In this document: positions 47,621-56,813 of the stretch, piece by piece
Layout: the number at the start of each line of letters is the position of its first letter
Numbering within the stretch: position 1 is the first letter of the stretch
From: an uncultured Gammaproteobacteria bacterium
GTDB lineage: Bacteria; Patescibacteriota; Patescibacteriia; UBA9934
Direction: 5' to 3'
Length of the DNA: 64,000 nucleotides
NCBI GenBank assembly: GCA_964452565.1
Contig: CAYVLY010000001.1
Span: forward strand, 643,053-707,052
The notes under the pieces: model-generated
The model's input: the letters and a program-made list of their open reading frames with translations, nothing else
Database searches by the model: none
Told to the model about the DNA's origin: nothing
Program-made: the position numbers and the translations under genes

Positions 47621-48446
47621 AATTGCAGGTAGCTGAGAGTTGATTCGATCGAATCGTTTCTCAGTTGCCTGCAAGTAGGACAATGCAGGCCAACACGCAA
47701 GGTGATGATTCTAGGGCAAATATGACGGCCCACAGTGAACAGAATAGCTTCGTGCATCTGTTAAGGATCATTCCTATATACTGGCGCTCGTTCGTCGCAC
47801 TGATTCCCAGCAAGGGGTCAGGATCCGCCCATGTCGTGGCGGGCAGTATGTAGCAAGACACTGTTAAGTGCACATGGCCCACCATAGCCGTGGCACGAAG
47901 AGAGAGTGATACATTCAGAGAAACGCGGTCGAGCGCGTATTCCTGACACCTCTTAGTCATTCCCATTTGTGTCTGTGGTTGGGCCCCTCCTGGTGGCCAT
48001 CCTTGCGCGGTGCATAGGCTCCCACAGGCATAACCTTCTTGAGCGGTAGACTACACAAGCCGAGCCTGGATGACCCATAGAGGCCATAGGGGTTGTCGTG
48101 AGACCGGCTGACCAGTAGCTACCGCAAAGCGGGTGGGGAGATGAAAGCCCCCATCTGATATTCAACCTCTTTCGCATTGGCTCTGGAGTAACACGTACGC
48201 CCCTTGGCTACCCTACAAGATACACGGGGTAGAGCGAGGAACGCGTGTCAGAGCTTCGAGAACGAGTGCGGGTGAGCCACGGGCCCCGCAACGTTCAACC
48301 CCATCCCCCTCTCCACAAGGAGGTGGTCAGGCGCAAGCCAGACCGCTTAGACCTCCAAACGTGTGTGAGGGGGTCTTTGTTTTGTGTGAACATCCTGTTG
48401 AAAACATATTTTATCCACCCGCCCAGGTGCGCTATAATCAAAACGC

Positions 48447-50267
48447 ATGAAATCAATGCAAATTGTTATGAATGTATTACAAAAGTGGGGAATATTAACC
48501 GCATTACTTGTTTGCGGGTTCTTTTTTATCTCAACTGCAGTTCAAGCTGCATCATATGAGGCTGTACCCGTTACAATCTCAGGAAGTGGTGAGCTAACCA
48601 TGGCCCCGGGCGAAGTCAAAGAGGTGAGCGTTACTTTTTTGAATAGAGGGAATATTACTTGGTTCAACGACGGCGATGGATATATTTCACTATACACATA
48701 CGATCCAAAGTATCGATCAAGTTCATTTGATCCTGGGACATGGCTTGGTCCAGATCGAGTAAAACGGATCATCGAGGCTGTGGTAGAACCTGGAGAAACA
48801 GCGAGTATGACATTTGAGCTGCACGCGCCAGATACTGAGGGGTCTTATGAAGAGGTTTTTCATCTAGCATCTGAAGATACGGCTTGGGTTGACGGTGGGG
48901 AGATAAGTTTTTCCATCAATGTAACAAGCGAGATTCAGGAATCTTTGACTGCTTTAGAGTCTCAAGACGGTGATAGCGGATTAGGAGCTGAGCTAACACT
49001 TTTGAGCGCGAATCAGGTAAAGGCAAAGGCTGGAACACCGATATTACTCACGGCTGGATTTGAGAATATTGGAACAACAAGTTGGAGTTCGTATTCATTG
49101 AATGAAATGGATGTTGCATATGCATCAACATCTGTGAGTTTTGACCATCCATCTTGGTCAGGGACACAACTTGCGTATGTATCTGATGTCATTGCACCAG
49201 GCGAGGTGGCATATGTGAGCTTTGCTTTGATGTCGCCTGATGTTAACGGGACTCACACTGCCGAGTTCCAGTTCTCAGCAAATGGTGAGGATATTGAGAA
49301 TGCGATTGTTAAGCTTCCAGTGGAAGTGACTGGCGGCGCAGCAGCAGTTGATGACGAGGCAGATCAGAGTAGTGAAATTGTTTTGGACGAAGAGCCAATC
49401 ATAAGGGTTGGGATTCTAACTATAGACGAGGAAACTGATTATGAGACAGTGGTTACTTCGTATGAGTCAGATTTTTATCTTGAGGATACAGAGGGTAACT
49501 TGCTGGCCGAGCTCAATGCTGGAGAACTGGTTACGGGCTACTACGATGGAGGCAAGTATTATTTTGACCGTGGACGTGGCCAAGAGGTCTCATCATATGG
49601 ACTTCGATGGGTGCCAGAGGAAGAGAATGCAGTCATGACCATTGTGAACTTTGATTATCGCGAGACGCGCAATGGCGGGTATGCGTACAACACATATCGA
49701 AATATTTTGGAGCTAAGATATAATGATTACAAAGATCGAACTTGGGTTATTAATGAGCTTCCGATCGAACAGTATTTATACGGACTGGCAGAAACATCGA
49801 ATGTGTCTCCGAGCGAATATCAGAAAGCACTTGTTACAGCGGCAAGGACATATGCTTACGCAAATGCTCGTTATGATGTGTCAGAGAGGGGTGAGTATAT
49901 GCATGTGAATGCTTATGCGGACGATCAAGTATATCGTGGTTATGAGCACGAAGAAGGTTCACCAACGATTGTGCAAGCGGTTGTAGATACGCGAGGTGTT
50001 ATCGTGACCTATGATGCTGAGTTGGCTATTACACCGTACTTCTCAAGGTCAGATGGAAGAACAAGGGACTGGTCCGAAGTCTGGGCTGGTTCAAAGGCGT
50101 GGTGTAAGTCAGTGGAGGTTCCTTGGGATGAGGGTAATACGCTTTGGGGGCATGGTATTGGAATGTCAGCACTCGGCGCTCTCCATATGGCAAACGATGG
50201 TTACGAGTGGGACGAGATTTTGAAGTATTTCTATACTGACATTGAACTGGAGCAGTGGTGGGAGTGA
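48447..50267 (+). CDS. SpoIID/LytB-domain protein with N-terminal Ig-like repeats and a signal peptide
   Basis: C-terminal SpoIID pattern EQYLYGLAE...ALVTAARTYAY...YFSRSDGRTRDWSEVW. Confidence 0.7.
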   Translation: MKSMQIVMNVLQKWGILTALLVCGFFFISTAVQAASYEAVPVTISGSGELTMAPGEVKEVSVTFLNRGNITWFNDGDGYISLYTYDPKYRSSSFDPGTWLGPDRVKRIIEAVVEPGETASMTFELHAPDTEGSYEEVFHLASEDTAWVDGGEISFSINVTSEIQESLTALESQDGDSGLGAELTLLSANQVKAKAGTPILLTAGFENIGTTSWSSYSLNEMDVAYASTSVSFDHPSWSGTQLAYVSDVIAPGEVAYVSFALMSPDVNGTHTAEFQFSANGEDIENAIVKLPVEVTGGAAAVDDEADQSSEIVLDEEPIIRVGILTIDEETDYETVVTSYESDFYLEDTEGNLLAELNAGELVTGYYDGGKYYFDRGRGQEVSSYGLRWVPEEENAVMTIVNFDYRETRNGGYAYNTYRNILELRYNDYKDRTWVINELPIEQYLYGLAETSNVSPSEYQKALVTAARTYAYANARYDVSERGEYMHVNAYADDQVYRGYEHEEGSPTIVQAVVDTRGVIVTYDAELAITPYFSRSDGRTRDWSEVWAGSKAWCKSVEVPWDEGNTLWGHGIGMSALGALHMANDGYEWDEILKYFYTDIELEQWWE

Positions 50268-50330
50268 TTGCCAGAACCCAGCCGAAGGCCCTGAGCCTGT
50301 CGAAGGGAACCCAGAACACAGATTAAATTA

Positions 50331-50354
50331 AAGGCCGGCGCGAGCCGGTTTTTG
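50331..50354 (+). terminator. Intrinsic terminator after the SpoIID-like gene
   Basis: Hairpin ccggcgcgagccgg followed by a T-run. Confidence 0.6.
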
Positions 50355-50356
50355 AA

Positions 50357-50398
50357 TAAAAAAAAGAAGACCAGCATCGAGGTGCTAGTCTTGAGGGG
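50357..50398 (-). terminator. Minus-strand intrinsic terminator, copy 1 of a duplicated element
   Basis: Minus-strand reading: cccccctcaagactagcacctcgatgctggtct followed by tcttttttttatt. Confidence 0.55.
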
Positions 50399-50615
50399 GT
50401 GAAGTGGACAGCGGACGCTCCGCTGAAACAGGTGCCGCTTCTTGACCTGATCCAGCGTAGCGCCGCTGCCCACCCGGGGCCTGTAGGAAGTTGACCACAC
50501 CTCCACCAAGCGTGGCTCAGATCTTCTCGATCTGACCGTCCAAGACCCCTGTGGCTCCCGTTCCACCCGGTAAGAGTAGAGTAACAGAAACATGTACCTT
50601 GTCAAGGACGGTCTT

Positions 50616-50663
50616 AAATAAAAGAAGAAGACCAGCATCGAGGTGCTGATCTTGAGGGGGGGT
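50616..50663 (-). terminator. Minus-strand intrinsic terminator, copy 2 of a duplicated element
   Basis: Near-identical hairpin agatcagcacctcgatgctggtct followed by tcttcttttattt on the minus strand. Confidence 0.55.
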
Positions 50664-50904
50664 TTGTGAGTGGCGGCCATGCTGGTGGCTCCCGTCCGAA
50701 CCAGTCAGCGCGACCGGCCACCACTCACACGAGGCCTCCGCAGGTCCAAGCTGCCCGCCGTGTCCGCACAAAGCACGGCGTTTTACCCCCCCTGGCAGAG
50801 GGGTAGCCTCCTGCAGTGACCCCGTTGCTCACCCTCCGTGAGATTTGAGTATAAAGACTATAAACAAAAAAGCACAACCTGTCAATAGTTGTGCTGCCTG
50901 ATTC

Positions 50905-51474
50905 TTAAACAAGCTCAGCAAGGAGTTTTTGGAAAAGTCTCAGCGGCATTCCCCTGAGCTGATCCTCAGTAGCTTCAGAGTATTTGATGTATGGCTTGAT
51001 TAAAGGGTCTTCTAACTGAATTCCACCTGCGCAATGGAGTACGTGTCCTTTTTTGATAATCTGATCAACAACCTCGTCCGGAAGCTGTTCTTTGAGAAGG
51101 GTTTTTGAAATATCAAGTCCATCAGCGCGCTCTCCATCTGATGTGTCAATTAAAACCATGCCATTTATTATCTCTGCCGGATGTTTGTGATAGCTTAAAA
51201 TAAAAGACCGAGCTTCTTGCTTGTCTTTTGGCTTTTCGCGGATCTGGCCATCACAAACTACAACCTGGTCAGATGCAATGATAATTGCATCGCCATCAAC
51301 TTGCCCCTCGATCTCATCTGCTTTGGCATGTGCAATCTTCAAAACAAGCTCACGCGGATCATCACATCTTATTGCCTGCTCGTCGATCTCAGGCTTAATA
51401 ATCTCAAAATCATATCCTCGGCGTTCTAGTATCGCCCGCCTGCCTTTAGAAGATGATCCAAGGATCAACCTCAT
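50905..51474 (-). CDS. maf: Maf-family nucleoside triphosphate pyrophosphatase
   Basis: N-terminus LILGSSSKGRRAIL and overall Maf pattern. Confidence 0.75.
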   Translation of the reverse strand: MRLILGSSSKGRRAILERRGYDFEIIKPEIDEQAIRCDDPRELVLKIAHAKADEIEGQVDGDAIIIASDQVVVCDGQIREKPKDKQEARSFILSYHKHPAEIINGMVLIDTSDGERADGLDISKTLLKEQLPDEVVDQIIKKGHVLHCAGGIQLEDPLIKPYIKYSEATEDQLRGMPLRLFQKLLAELV

Positions 51475-52019
51475 AAACCACTTGATGCGTCTCCATGCCT
51501 TAGCTTGGCTTGCTCAACCAACTCGGAAACCCGAGCCTTAATTTTTACAGGGTCATTTACTCGTTTGAACTCAAAACGTTCACGGGTTCCAGCAGTCTGA
51601 ATGTATACATAACCATAGCTCAAGATTGTTGCTAGGAATCCATGCGTCTCAGCGGTCACATCTTGCACTTGGTTTAAGTGAAGCTCAGATATAACACGGG
51701 AGAATAGTCCTTTTTGTTCTATATTTATCACCCTCCGTGTTGTTACGATCCATGTATCAAGATAATAGTCAGTAAACATCGTCATGAGGATCGCCAGGGT
51801 GAAAAGCATGTAGATCGACAAGAGCAGGGTTCCAAACTGACCCCAATATGTAGTCCAATCAACCCCATTGTCTGTCAAAAGATAATAAAATATAAAGGGG
51901 ATTGCAACAAAGACTGCTGCAAAGAATAGAATCTTGAATATCTCAATCCAGTGTCTGCGCAAAAATAAAATCGGCTTTTCATCACGCTCCTGGTTTGGTA
52001 GCTGTCTTAGGCTGATCAT
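51471..52019 (-). CDS. Membrane protein with a bacterial PH (bPH_2/YdbT-like) domain
   Basis: Two TM helices followed by a PH-like region, EQKGLFSRVISELHLNQVQDV. Confidence 0.5.
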   Translation of the reverse strand: MISLRQLPNQERDEKPILFLRRHWIEIFKILFFAAVFVAIPFIFYYLLTDNGVDWTTYWGQFGTLLLSIYMLFTLAILMTMFTDYYLDTWIVTTRRVINIEQKGLFSRVISELHLNQVQDVTAETHGFLATILSYGYVYIQTAGTRERFEFKRVNDPVKIKARVSELVEQAKLRHGDASSGL

Positions 52020-52273
52020 AGAATTGGATTTAGAATTGAACTTGTTATGTCATCAAGCATGAGCTCCTGAGTCCAGTCATATTGAATAATCAAGACATAG
52101 GAATATCCTATCACTGTGATTGTGGCACCAAGATATAGGAGCACAACAACGGCTGTTTTAAAACCTTGAAGCCCAAATGCAAGCAAGTGCATGACATTGA
52201 ATATTACAAAGATTCCAGCGGCAAGTAGGAATACAGCGTAAAGAATCAAGAAAAAATACATCGGAATGATCAT
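52016..52273 (-). CDS. Small hydrophobic membrane protein (85 aa)
   Basis: Two predicted TM helices, translationally coupled to its neighbours. Confidence 0.4.
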   Translation of the reverse strand: MIIPMYFFLILYAVFLLAAGIFVIFNVMHLLAFGLQGFKTAVVVLLYLGATITVIGYSYVLIIQYDWTQELMLDDITSSILNPIL

Positions 52274-53310
52274 AAAAGTGTGTCAGTTGGTTTTTGTAGA
52301 TCTAAATGTGTATAGCCTTTGTCTGTCACGATGCGCCCGCGGGGTGTGCGTTCGATGAATCCTAGTTGTAGCAGGAATGGCTCGTAGATTTCCTCAAGCG
52401 ACGCTGTTTCTTCTTGAGTGGCTGCAGCTAGGGTTGTTAGTCCAACAGGCCCGCCGTTAAATTTATCAATAATTACTTTCAGAATTCCCCGATCAACTGC
52501 ATCTAATCCAAGTGGGTCGATCGCAAGCATATCAAGTGCTGCGTCTGCGATGTCAGATGTTAGATTTCCGTCATGCTTTACTTCTGAATAGTCTCGAACG
52601 CGTTTTAAAAGTCTGTTTGCGATTCGTGGCGTTTGCCTAGATCGATTTGCAATTGTCTGACATGTTTTGTTGTCGGTCTTAACTCCTAGGATTCCGGCGC
52701 TTCGATCAACAATACTGCCCATCTCTTCATCGTTATAGAAATTTAGTCTGTATGTTGATCCAAATCGATCGCGTAGTGGAGATGATAAGAGCGATGGTCG
52801 GGTGGTGGCTCCGATGATCGTAAACTTCTCAAGCCCAAGTCGAAGCGTCCGTGCTGATGGCCCTTTTCCTACAACTAGATCTAGTGCGAAGTCTTCCATG
52901 GCAGGGTAGAGCACTTCCTCGATCGCTCTATTCATTCTATGGATCTCGTCGATAAATAAGATGTCGCCTTTTTGAAGGTTTGAAAGGATTGCGGCCAAGT
53001 CCCCAACACGTTCTAGGGCTGGCCCACTAGTGATCCGGATATTGCCGTCCATCTCATTTGCAATGATGTGTGCCAGGGTTGTTTTCCCAAGTCCTGGGTT
53101 TCCGTATAAGAGTGTGTGGTCAATCGGTTCGCCACGCTTTTTTGCAGCATTAATAAAAATGTGCAGACCCTGCTTTAAATCCTCCTGACCTACAAATTCC
53201 TCCAAAGTTCGTGGACGCAAGCTTACCTCAAAAGTCTCTTCTTCAGTCTGTGGGGATCCAGAGACCTCTCGGGTTTGTGCTTGCACCTCATCAAAATTCG
53301 ACTCAATCAT
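52270..53310 (-). CDS. ruvB: Holliday junction branch-migration helicase RuvB
   Basis: Walker A motif [11 protein letters not shown] and RuvB-specific C-terminal winged-helix region. The start is taken at the internal MIESNF, because the longer ORF runs into the tRNA-Leu gene. Confidence 0.85.
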   Translation of the reverse strand: MIESNFDEVQAQTREVSGSPQTEEETFEVSLRPRTLEEFVGQEDLKQGLHIFINAAKKRGEPIDHTLLYGNPGLGKTTLAHIIANEMDGNIRITSGPALERVGDLAAILSNLQKGDILFIDEIHRMNRAIEEVLYPAMEDFALDLVVGKGPSARTLRLGLEKFTIIGATTRPSLLSSPLRDRFGSTYRLNFYNDEEMGSIVDRSAGILGVKTDNKTCQTIANRSRQTPRIANRLLKRVRDYSEVKHDGNLTSDIADAALDMLAIDPLGLDAVDRGILKVIIDKFNGGPVGLTTLAAATQEETASLEEIYEPFLLQLGFIERTPRGRIVTDKGYTHLDLQKPTDTLL

Positions 53311-53364
53311 ACTGATTCTATTATACAGCAAACAATAAAATCCCACATTGATATGGGATTCTAT

Positions 53365-53450
53365 TGGTACCGCGGGCGGGAATCGAACCCGCACGACCTT
53401 TCGGTCCGGGGATTTTAAGTCCCCTATGTCTACCATTCCACCACCGCGGC
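53365..53450 (-). tRNA. tRNA-Leu (anticodon TAA)
   Basis: Hand-folded: acceptor GCCGCGG, anticodon stem GGGGA/TCCCC with loop CTTAAAA, long variable arm GGACCGAAAGGTCG, T-arm GGGTTCGATTCCC, CCA encoded. Confidence 0.8.
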
Positions 53451-53599
53451 AACGGCATGAATATACACTATTTTGTGGTTTTTTTCAAGGTCATGGGCCC
53501 CAGAAAGCAGTGAACCCTACACTGGGTAGTGTAGGGCGCGATCCTCGCGGCACAGAGCCGAGCGGGCGTACGTGAGTGCGGCGAGTCGAGGTACTAGTT

Positions 53600-54217
53600 T
53601 TAAAGCATCTCATGGAGAATGTCGATCACCGGATGGGCGGCGGTTCGGGAGATGGCGACCCATGCTTGCTCGATCATCTGCATGGGTGTGAAGTCGCCAT
53701 GTAGCCGGACCAGGCTGATCTGCTCGTGACTGAAGGCTTTGGTCAGGGGCACGCCAGGACCCCCGTAGTAGGGCCCGTCCGGTCCGTTGGAGCAGGGGAC
53801 GTAGAACTTCGCATACGCAAACGTGATGCTATTGGCGATGAACCAATCCTTCAGGGCGCGCAGTTCAGTTGCGCCGCCATGCAGGACGCGGTAGGCCTCG
53901 TTCGGAACAGGGCCGTCGGGGGTCTTCATCAGCGGCATGGGTCCGAAGATCCAGCAGAGCTCTCTGTTTTCATCGTCGAGCTGCACCAGCTCCAGGAACC
54001 TGCCAGCAAGGTTGGGTCGAACTGCGACGATGCCGCAGTTGTGGCAGATCTCGAAGTCTGCGGTCAGGGGGTCGATTTCTGGTGCCATTTTTCCTCCAAA
54101 TGCTTCCCAAGCAGCTGCCAGGGTCAGCTTTGGTGTTAAGTCCAGACTGCTTCCGAAATGGTCAGCGCCTAGACAGGACTCTGGGATGGCGATCCCAAAG
54201 ACGAAATGATAGCTCAA
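53600..54217 (-). CDS. Hypothetical protein in a GC-rich islet on the 5' side of tRNA-Leu(TAA)
   Basis: ORF with GC-rich codon usage. No recognised motif. Confidence 0.35.
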   Translation of the reverse strand: MSYHFVFGIAIPESCLGADHFGSSLDLTPKLTLAAAWEAFGGKMAPEIDPLTADFEICHNCGIVAVRPNLAGRFLELVQLDDENRELCWIFGPMPLMKTPDGPVPNEAYRVLHGGATELRALKDWFIANSITFAYAKFYVPCSNGPDGPYYGGPGVPLTKAFSHEQISLVRLHGDFTPMQMIEQAWVAISRTAAHPVIDILHEML

Positions 54218-54393
54218 AACATTCCATGTGTCAATCCCAGTATAACAAAAACACCCCAGAAAAGTCTGGGGTATCTTTGGAGCGGCAGACCCTAAACCAG
54301 ATGTTGGCGTACGACTACCATTGATTCAGGGCGGGCCGGGTTAGCTTAGCTGCGGTTTGTAAGTGAATAGGTTTTTGGATATCATAATTACAT

Positions 54394-55194
54394 ATGAAAT
54401 TCAAAAATAAAACAGCATTGGTTACAGGTGCAGCGCTTGGATATAAGGATGGAGGTCCATCAATAGGAAGCGCAATAGCTCTTAAACTAGCTTCTGAGGG
54501 AGCAAAGGTGGTCGTTGTCGATATTCTTGAGGAGATGGGGCAGCGTACTGCTGATAAGGTAATAGCAAATGGAGGTGAGGCAGTTTATATAAAAGCAAAT
54601 GTGGCTAATTCAGATGAAGTAAAAAAGGCTGTGCAATACGTAGAAGACAAGTTTGGTGAGCTGCATTGTCTCGTGAACTGTGCTGCGGGATATGAGGGCG
54701 ATATATTCAACTCTGTTATTGATACACCCGAGGAAGATTGGATGGATGTTTTCAACATTAATCTTCATGGGTATTATCGTTTTGCCAAATACACACTTCC
54801 TCTTATTATGAAGAGTGGAGGAGGCACCATTGTGAATGTATCCTCTATGGCCGCTTTTCAAGTTGTGCCAAACTTTGCAGCATATCCTGTAACAAAGGCG
54901 GCTATTAATGGTCTCACCCGCGTTCTAGCCGTTGACCATGCTCCAAAAATAAGAACCAACGCTATTTGTCCAGGATTTGTCAAAATAGAAAATTCAGAAA
55001 ATGATCGTTCTCCAGCAGAGTTGAAGAAATGGCATGCCAAGATCGCAAAGAGCTACCCAGCAAAGCGACTTTGCTCAGTTGACGAGATAGCAGAAGTAGC
55101 TTGTTTTTTGGCATCTGAGGACTCATCTTATATAAATGGAGAGTGTATTCAAGTAGATTCCGGCAGATTTATAGGTGACATCCATCAGTACTAA
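54394..55194 (+). CDS. Short-chain dehydrogenase/reductase (SDR) family oxidoreductase
   Basis: TGAALG(x)G cofactor motif, catalytic YxxxK (YPVTKAAINGL), and NAICPGF. Confidence 0.8.
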   Translation: MKFKNKTALVTGAALGYKDGGPSIGSAIALKLASEGAKVVVVDILEEMGQRTADKVIANGGEAVYIKANVANSDEVKKAVQYVEDKFGELHCLVNCAAGYEGDIFNSVIDTPEEDWMDVFNINLHGYYRFAKYTLPLIMKSGGGTIVNVSSMAAFQVVPNFAAYPVTKAAINGLTRVLAVDHAPKIRTNAICPGFVKIENSENDRSPAELKKWHAKIAKSYPAKRLCSVDEIAEVACFLASEDSSYINGECIQVDSGRFIGDIHQY

Positions 55195-55293
55195 GGGGCG
55201 ACAAGGCTGGATAACTAAAAAAAGATCCTGGATATAGCCTGAGGTCTTTTTTTGTTCCAAGAAAAACAGCCATCTCGCGATGACTTTTTTTCT

Positions 55294-55368
55294 TGGAGCG
55301 GCAGACCGGGTTCGAACCGGCGACCTCTTCCTTGGCAAGGAAGCGTTCTACCACTGAACTACTGCCGC
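55294..55368 (-). tRNA. tRNA-Gly (anticodon GCC)
   Basis: Hand-folded: GCGGCAG acceptor, anticodon stem CTTCC/GGAAG with loop TTGCCAA, T-arm GGTTCGAACCC, CCA encoded. Confidence 0.85.
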
Positions 55369-55393
55369 GTGGTAATAACTAATTTTGGTTGTG

Positions 55394-55444
55394 TGGAAGC
55401 GTTCCCTGCCTGCCGGCAGGCAGGTACCACTGAACTACTGCCGC
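55394..55444 (-). repeat. Truncated tRNA-Gly-like pseudo-copy upstream of tRNA-Gly. The first 20 nt are identical. A 20-nt palindromic insertion, cctgcctgccggcaggcagg, follows, and after it the copy diverges.
   Basis: gcggcagtagttcagtggta is identical to the tRNA 5' end. The palindrome is followed by gaacgcttcc, which matches tRNA positions 21-30. The T-arm is missing. Confidence 0.7.
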
Positions 55445-55541
55445 GTGCGAATAAATAGTATCGAAATGGCGGTCTAACGTCAATAAAAGATGACGCCCGG
55501 CGCGCATGAGGTGCGGCCGGGCGAGATCGAACTGATTCTTC

Positions 55542-55895
55542 TCAGGAGAACTCTGAAGGTAGTAGAAGGGGCGGTTGGGTAGGCTTCTCTCCCGGAGGGG
55601 GGATTCCCGATGGGAACCAGTTCTTGAGCACCATGCAGCGCGGGCTGTGCATCACGTTCGTCGGGCAGGCGGCCTTCTTGAGGTCCAGGCCTCGCGGCGT
55701 CACCCACCAGGGGGTCGCCAGAAGGATCGCATGCTGCTCGGGCCATGGCTGATCTACGAGTGCCAGGCCTTGGGGACGAAGTGCGGCCGGTGGCTCTGCC
55801 GGTGCTACGTACAGCCCAACACTACGGTCAGACTGCGTTGTCGCCAGGGTGATCCCGACGACGAGTGCGAGTGCGAGGCACCAATGTATCGTCAT
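55542..55895 (-). CDS. Hypothetical small secreted protein in a GC-rich islet
   Basis: Signal peptide MTIHWCLALALVVGITLA. GC-rich, Pro/Ala-rich sequence. The start is taken at the internal Met. Confidence 0.3.
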   Translation of the reverse strand: MTIHWCLALALVVGITLATTQSDRSVGLYVAPAEPPAALRPQGLALVDQPWPEQHAILLATPWWVTPRGLDLKKAACPTNVMHSPRCMVLKNWFPSGIPPPGEKPTQPPLLLPSEFS

Positions 55896-55962
55896 GGGGA
55901 TCTCCTTGAGGTTCAAAAAAAATACTACTGTGAGGTAGTATTTTTGTCAAGAATCGATCACT

Positions 55963-56517
55963 TTATAGCTTTTCGATAACTTCTTCATGCCGCTCAAACG
56001 CATATTGAAGCGCTGCGATTTCGCATTCATGACCCTTGTGCATTTCAACCAGGCCGTCGACATGGCCAAAGAGGCTGTCGATTTTCCTGTTTGTTTCTTT
56101 GAAGCGAGTATTCATATTAATTCGCTGCTCCTGCTGATCAAATTCAAGCCTATCAAATCGAGCATTCATCTGATCTTTTGTGTCTCGCGTTTCTGCTTTT
56201 ATGCGCCCAAGTTCTTCACCATTAATACTTACCCTTTCATTTGTGACTCGAAGTTCGGATTTTATTTGAGCCAGCTGATTGTTTGTTTCTTTTTGTTGCT
56301 TTTCAGCCTTATCGAAACGTTCGTCAATAGCATTGAGCTGTTCATCCATGCGCCGGTCATTTAGATCAAATCTCTGATCCATGGCATCAAATCGTTGATT
56401 TATACCATCGAACCGTTTGTCCATGCCGTCAAATCGCTTGTCTATTTTGTTAAGGCGATTTGTTATTTGTCCAAGAATTCCTTGGATATTGTCAAGAGTT
56501 GTTTGCATACGTTTTCT
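55963..56517 (-). CDS. Hypothetical coiled-coil protein with tandem heptad-like RFD repeats
   Basis: Repeating units DKRFDGM / DKRFDGI / NQRFDAM / DQRFDLN, reflected in a DNA periodicity of about 21 bp. The start is taken at MRKRMQ. Confidence 0.4.
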   Translation of the reverse strand, partial: RKRMQTTLDNIQGILGQITNRLNKIDKRFDGMDKRFDGINQRFDAMDQRFDLNDRRMDEQLNAIDERFDKAEKQQKETNNQLAQIKSELRVTNERVSINGEELGRIKAETRDTKDQMNARFDRLEFDQQEQRINMNTRFKETNRKIDSLFGHVDGLVEMHKGHECEIAALQYAFERHEEVIEKL

Positions 56518-56607
56518 CATACAAGATTTATTATACACGGTGCGTTTGGGGTGGTTTTCACCCCAAACGCACTTGCACACACTGTGTGCACAGCGGATAT
56601 CAACAGT

Positions 56608-56802
56608 CTAAGTCTGCGGATTGGTTCTCGCCCATCTGATTCCATTATTATTACCCGCTCTGTACTGCTCTTTTGCAACCTCGAACATAAAGTCCTTAAT
56701 ACGCTCTCCCATGTCGGCTGGAATACCCAAATTGTTAATAAGTTCCTGCGCCCGATTGCTTAATCTGCTCATCCACATGCCTTTTGTTTTCTCATCAGTC
56801 AT
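56608..56802 (-). CDS. Hypothetical small protein (64 aa)
   Basis: Clean short ORF between two larger minus-strand genes. No motif recognised. Confidence 0.3.
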   Translation of the reverse strand: MTDEKTKGMWMSRLSNRAQELINNLGIPADMGERIKDFMFEVAKEQYRAGNNNGIRWARTNPQT

Positions 56803-56813
56803 ATTTTATCTAG

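Noticed and set aside
46143-48446. Possibility that the ORF-free 2.3-kb region is a 16S or 5S rRNA or a canonical tmRNA or RNase P RNA
   Set aside because: Universal 16S signatures (AGAGTTTGATCCTGGCTCAG, GTGCCAGCAGCCGCGGTAA) are absent. There is no tRNA-like T-arm (GGTTCGANTCC) for tmRNA. RNase P-like strings are present but out of canonical order. The region is left as an unknown structured region pending covariance-model search.
53311-53436. N-terminal 42-codon extension of the ruvB ORF
   Set aside because: The extension runs into the tRNA-Leu(TAA) gene. The internal Met (MIESNF...) gives a normal RuvB N-terminus.
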